A DNA stretch of 20,604 nucleotides from NCBI GenBank assembly GCA_046861385.1, contig JBHHTW010000036.1, forward strand, positions 1-20,604, given 5' to 3'. The notes beneath the pieces were generated by a model that saw nothing but the letters and a program-made list of their open reading frames with translations, searched no databases and was not told where the DNA came from. This document shows, one piece after another, positions 18,109-20,604 of this stretch. The stretch is from Fidelibacterota bacterium (GTDB taxonomy: Bacteria > Fidelibacterota > Marinisomatia > Marinisomatales > TCS55). Position numbers and translations under genes: made by a program. Position 1 is the stretch's first letter, and every line of letters starts with the position of its first letter.

Positions 18109-18284
18109 ACAAAAAAACAAATTTAAAAAATATAGATCAGGAAATAAAATCTTTAAAAAAGACTGCCCGGTCTTTAATGGAGGATTCCAAGTCCATTCCA
18201 ACTATTCAGAAAAATACGTCACGGATTCTTTCCAGTATCAAAATGATGGAAATAAATATTTGCGATTTGGTTGATTTGGACTAA
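18105..18284 (+). CDS. Small 59-aa helical protein (not in ORF track)
   Basis: ATGA overlap with the ligase stop; MNKKTNLKNIDQEIKSLKKTARSLMEDSKSIPTIQKNTSRILSSIKMMEINICDLVDLD*; amphipathic two-helix pattern. Confidence 0.7.
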   Translation: MNKKTNLKNIDQEIKSLKKTARSLMEDSKSIPTIQKNTSRILSSIKMMEINICDLVDLD

Positions 18285-18691
18285 ACCGTTATCAGTTTAC
18301 TCTGTTATTTTCGAAAGGATAAGTACAAGATAGAAAATTCCACCATTTGTTTTATCATCTGTTCCTTTTAAATAGATGCCTCATTATGGTTAACATTTTT
18401 TTTATCGACTGAGGCATTAAACAAATAAAATCTTTACAAATAAGAATGACCAGTGCCTTCGGTTCTTGCCCTTGTGCAATTCAATTCCTACTTTTCGACA
18501 TAATTTTTAGACGTTTCTCGTGAATGTACAACTGAGATCGGTTTGGAATTATCTGATCTACTCAGTCTGAAAGTCAATTTGATTTATCGTATTACATCTT
18601 TCAGATATGAGGCACTACTCAGCTATCCGATGAAAACAAATTTATTCAATAACATTAGAAAATAAGTTTAACAGAATTTGTAAATAAACAA

Positions 18692-19057
18692 TCAGGGGGC
18701 TGATATTGTGAATGAATGCGTATGTCCTCCATTTAATGAAGATGTTTTAACAATGGTTTCACCCATTTCTAAAGACTGGAAATCTGAGGTTGTTAAAACG
18801 ATGCTGTGGCTGTGACCTCCATTAGATGTACTGGTGAGTGTTTTGCTTGATTGGGGAGGATTTTCAATATCACTGGTTTGGATTGTTATGGAATGTGAGT
18901 GACCGCCATCGTAGGATGAGGTGACAACAAAGCTATCGGATGTATTGTCATTACTGGAACGCAACGGAATGGAATCATCCTCACAGCTTATGGACTCAAT
19001 CACAAGCGGAATGGCAACCAATCCGGAAATTTTTCGAAGAAATAGTCGTCTATTCAT
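18692..19057 (-). CDS. Putative Tat-exported lipoprotein with three GGH(S/T)HS repeats (possible metal binding)
   Basis: MNRRLFLR twin-arginine motif, lipobox-like SISC, repeats GGHSHSI, GGHSHSI, GGHTHSF. Confidence 0.72.
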   Translation of the reverse strand: MNRRLFLRKISGLVAIPLVIESISCEDDSIPLRSSNDNTSDSFVVTSSYDGGHSHSITIQTSDIENPPQSSKTLTSTSNGGHSHSIVLTTSDFQSLEMGETIVKTSSLNGGHTHSFTISAP

Positions 19058-19109
19058 AATCTTTACCTTATTATACGTTGAAATATTATGGTGAATAAAT
19101 AAAAGAAAA

Positions 19110-19125
19110 TGTCATATTGGTGACA
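19110..19125. promoter_or_regulatory. TGTCA-N6-TGACA palindrome, CRP/FNR-family-like spacing
   Basis: TGTCA tattgg TGACA in the divergent intergenic region, 53 bp upstream of the Tat-protein start. Confidence 0.3.
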
Positions 19126-19437
19126 AAACTACAATATTGAAAAATATTATGATGGATCAAATTGCATCTTTCGTCTTCTCCCCTATCAATTATTTGATTT
19201 TATTCTTTTACCATTGTGTCATTTATTGACTAACCGATTTTTTGTTGTTTGTTTTATTGGATGTTTCCATAAAATCAATTATGAATATTCAGATCAACAT
19301 CTTATAATTAACAATCAATAAATGTACTACAATTCAATAAACTTAAACTTGATACATGAGCCAAGCTACAACGTATTTATCACTTCTGTCATTTCAGCAC
19401 GATTCTGCAAATTCGTTGAATTAAAGTCTATAGCAAA

Positions 19438-20109
19438 ATGAACGTATTTGAATTTATCCGGGGAAAAACAGATAATCTTCAGGGAAATGTTGCTCAGTTC
19501 AGGGCAAAATTAGAACCCAAATTTCGCCATTGGTCAAATACTCTCAATGATAAAATAACAAATACATTGAATAATCCGTGGATGACGAATCTTATTCCAT
19601 TTGATGGAAAGCTTTTTTCATCAGAAGAGGTCATTCAAAATAAGACAGCAAAAAAAGTCTATATTGACCTGAAAAAGCGACTCGATCAAGAAATATTTGT
19701 TGGAGATTGGAAAATGATTGATCAGGAATGTATCAATCAATTTGCAGAGGTAACTGGAGATAAACAATGGATTCATACAGATCTGGAACGTGCCAGTAAA
19801 GAATCGCCGTTTAAAACTACGATTGCTCATGGGTTTCTAACTTTATCATTGATACCAAAGTTAACCAATGCCCTGGATTCTTTGAATCATATGATCCCTG
19901 ATGCAAGATTGATTGTTAATTACGGATTAAATCAAGTCCGTTTTCCATTCCCGGTAAAATCAGGTTCAAGGGTCAGGGCGCGCACGCGCCTCATCAAAGT
20001 TACTCCCATTAAAAATAGTATTGAAGTAGTCAATGAGGTTAGTATAGAAGTAGAAAATAGAAAACGCTTTGCCTGTGTTGCAGAGACAGTCGTCCATCTC
20101 TACTTTTGA
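19438..20109 (+). CDS. MaoC-family (hot-dog fold) dehydratase with N-terminal extension
   Basis: QFAEVTGDKQWIHTD, IAHGFLTLSL, NYGLNQVRFPFPV. Confidence 0.88.
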   Translation: MNVFEFIRGKTDNLQGNVAQFRAKLEPKFRHWSNTLNDKITNTLNNPWMTNLIPFDGKLFSSEEVIQNKTAKKVYIDLKKRLDQEIFVGDWKMIDQECINQFAEVTGDKQWIHTDLERASKESPFKTTIAHGFLTLSLIPKLTNALDSLNHMIPDARLIVNYGLNQVRFPFPVKSGSRVRARTRLIKVTPIKNSIEVVNEVSIEVENRKRFACVAETVVHLYF

Positions 20110-20241
20110 TTATTCCGATACCATGCTGATATATATATTTTATTAAGATTAATTATTTTTGTCTTAACATATTCTCATTAGTACCATTGGGACTCTAACC
20201 GGTAAAATAATACCAATGGACATCGGCATCAACCACACTAA

Positions 20242-20604
20242 TTACATAATTACTAAAATCATTGCAACGACTGACAAGGTGATGAAATGATAACTTGTAT
20301 CTATTCCAAACAGTTTCCAGGATTTCTTTTCCCAAGTGACTGTTCCCAAATCTACCGGAAGGAAAAATCCAAGCCATGTAAATAATGCAGTTTGAAATCC
20401 ATTGGAAATTGCCGGCATTTCCCTCATCCCGGGGACGTATTCCCACGCAGCCATATTATGAGCGAACATTCGAATTAAAATATATTACCAATAACCATTA
20501 TAACCATTCCTTTGGCCATAATTTTTCCTTCAAGTTTTTCATCAGGATCAAATCCCAACAAGAAGTTTACAATCACAGCTAATATTATTGCGAGCATGTT
20601 AATT
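20242..20604 (-). pseudogene. DUF1761-like membrane protein, frameshifted, 5' end outside window
   Basis: 5' part reads INMLAIILAVIVNFLLGFDPDEK...MAKGMVIMVIGNIF* (stop 20475-20477); 3' part in another frame reads MFAHNMAAW...FTWLGFFLPVDLGTVTWEKKSWKLFGIDTSYH. Confidence 0.65.

Noticed and set aside
20195-20582. ORFs 20195-20446 (-) and 20385-20582 (+)
   Set aside because: Alternative frames over the DUF1761-like pseudogene

Overview
Low-GC bacterial window with two main modules. The flanking CsgG-PEGA-beta-barrel gene is reminiscent of FCB-group/Marinimicrobia-like lineages, but this is inference only. (1) A minus-strand SOS mutagenesis cassette, lexA - imuB-like - dnaE2, with no imuA. It is followed by an AbrB/RelE-type toxin-antitoxin pair lying between the dnaE2 3' end and a 210-bp, ~94% identical, start-less second copy of that end. 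An 11-bp tandem direct repeat just upstream of lexA is a candidate novel SOS box. (2) A plus-strand, IclR-led anaerobic aromatic activation cluster: phenylphosphate-synthase-like A and B subunits, a single PpcB-like UbiD carboxylase, a UPF0261/Tm-1-like protein, an LpdD-like prFMN chaperone, UbiX, a PaaK-like aryl-CoA ligase and an unannotated 59-aa ORF. The cluster has no ppsC, ppcA, ppcC or ppcD. Also present: yggT, several GC-rich palindromic mini-elements (one inserted in-frame in a gene remnant), a His-rich Tat lipoprotein, a MaoC dehydratase and a DUF1761-like pseudogene at the right edge. All family calls come from motif recognition, not database searches.
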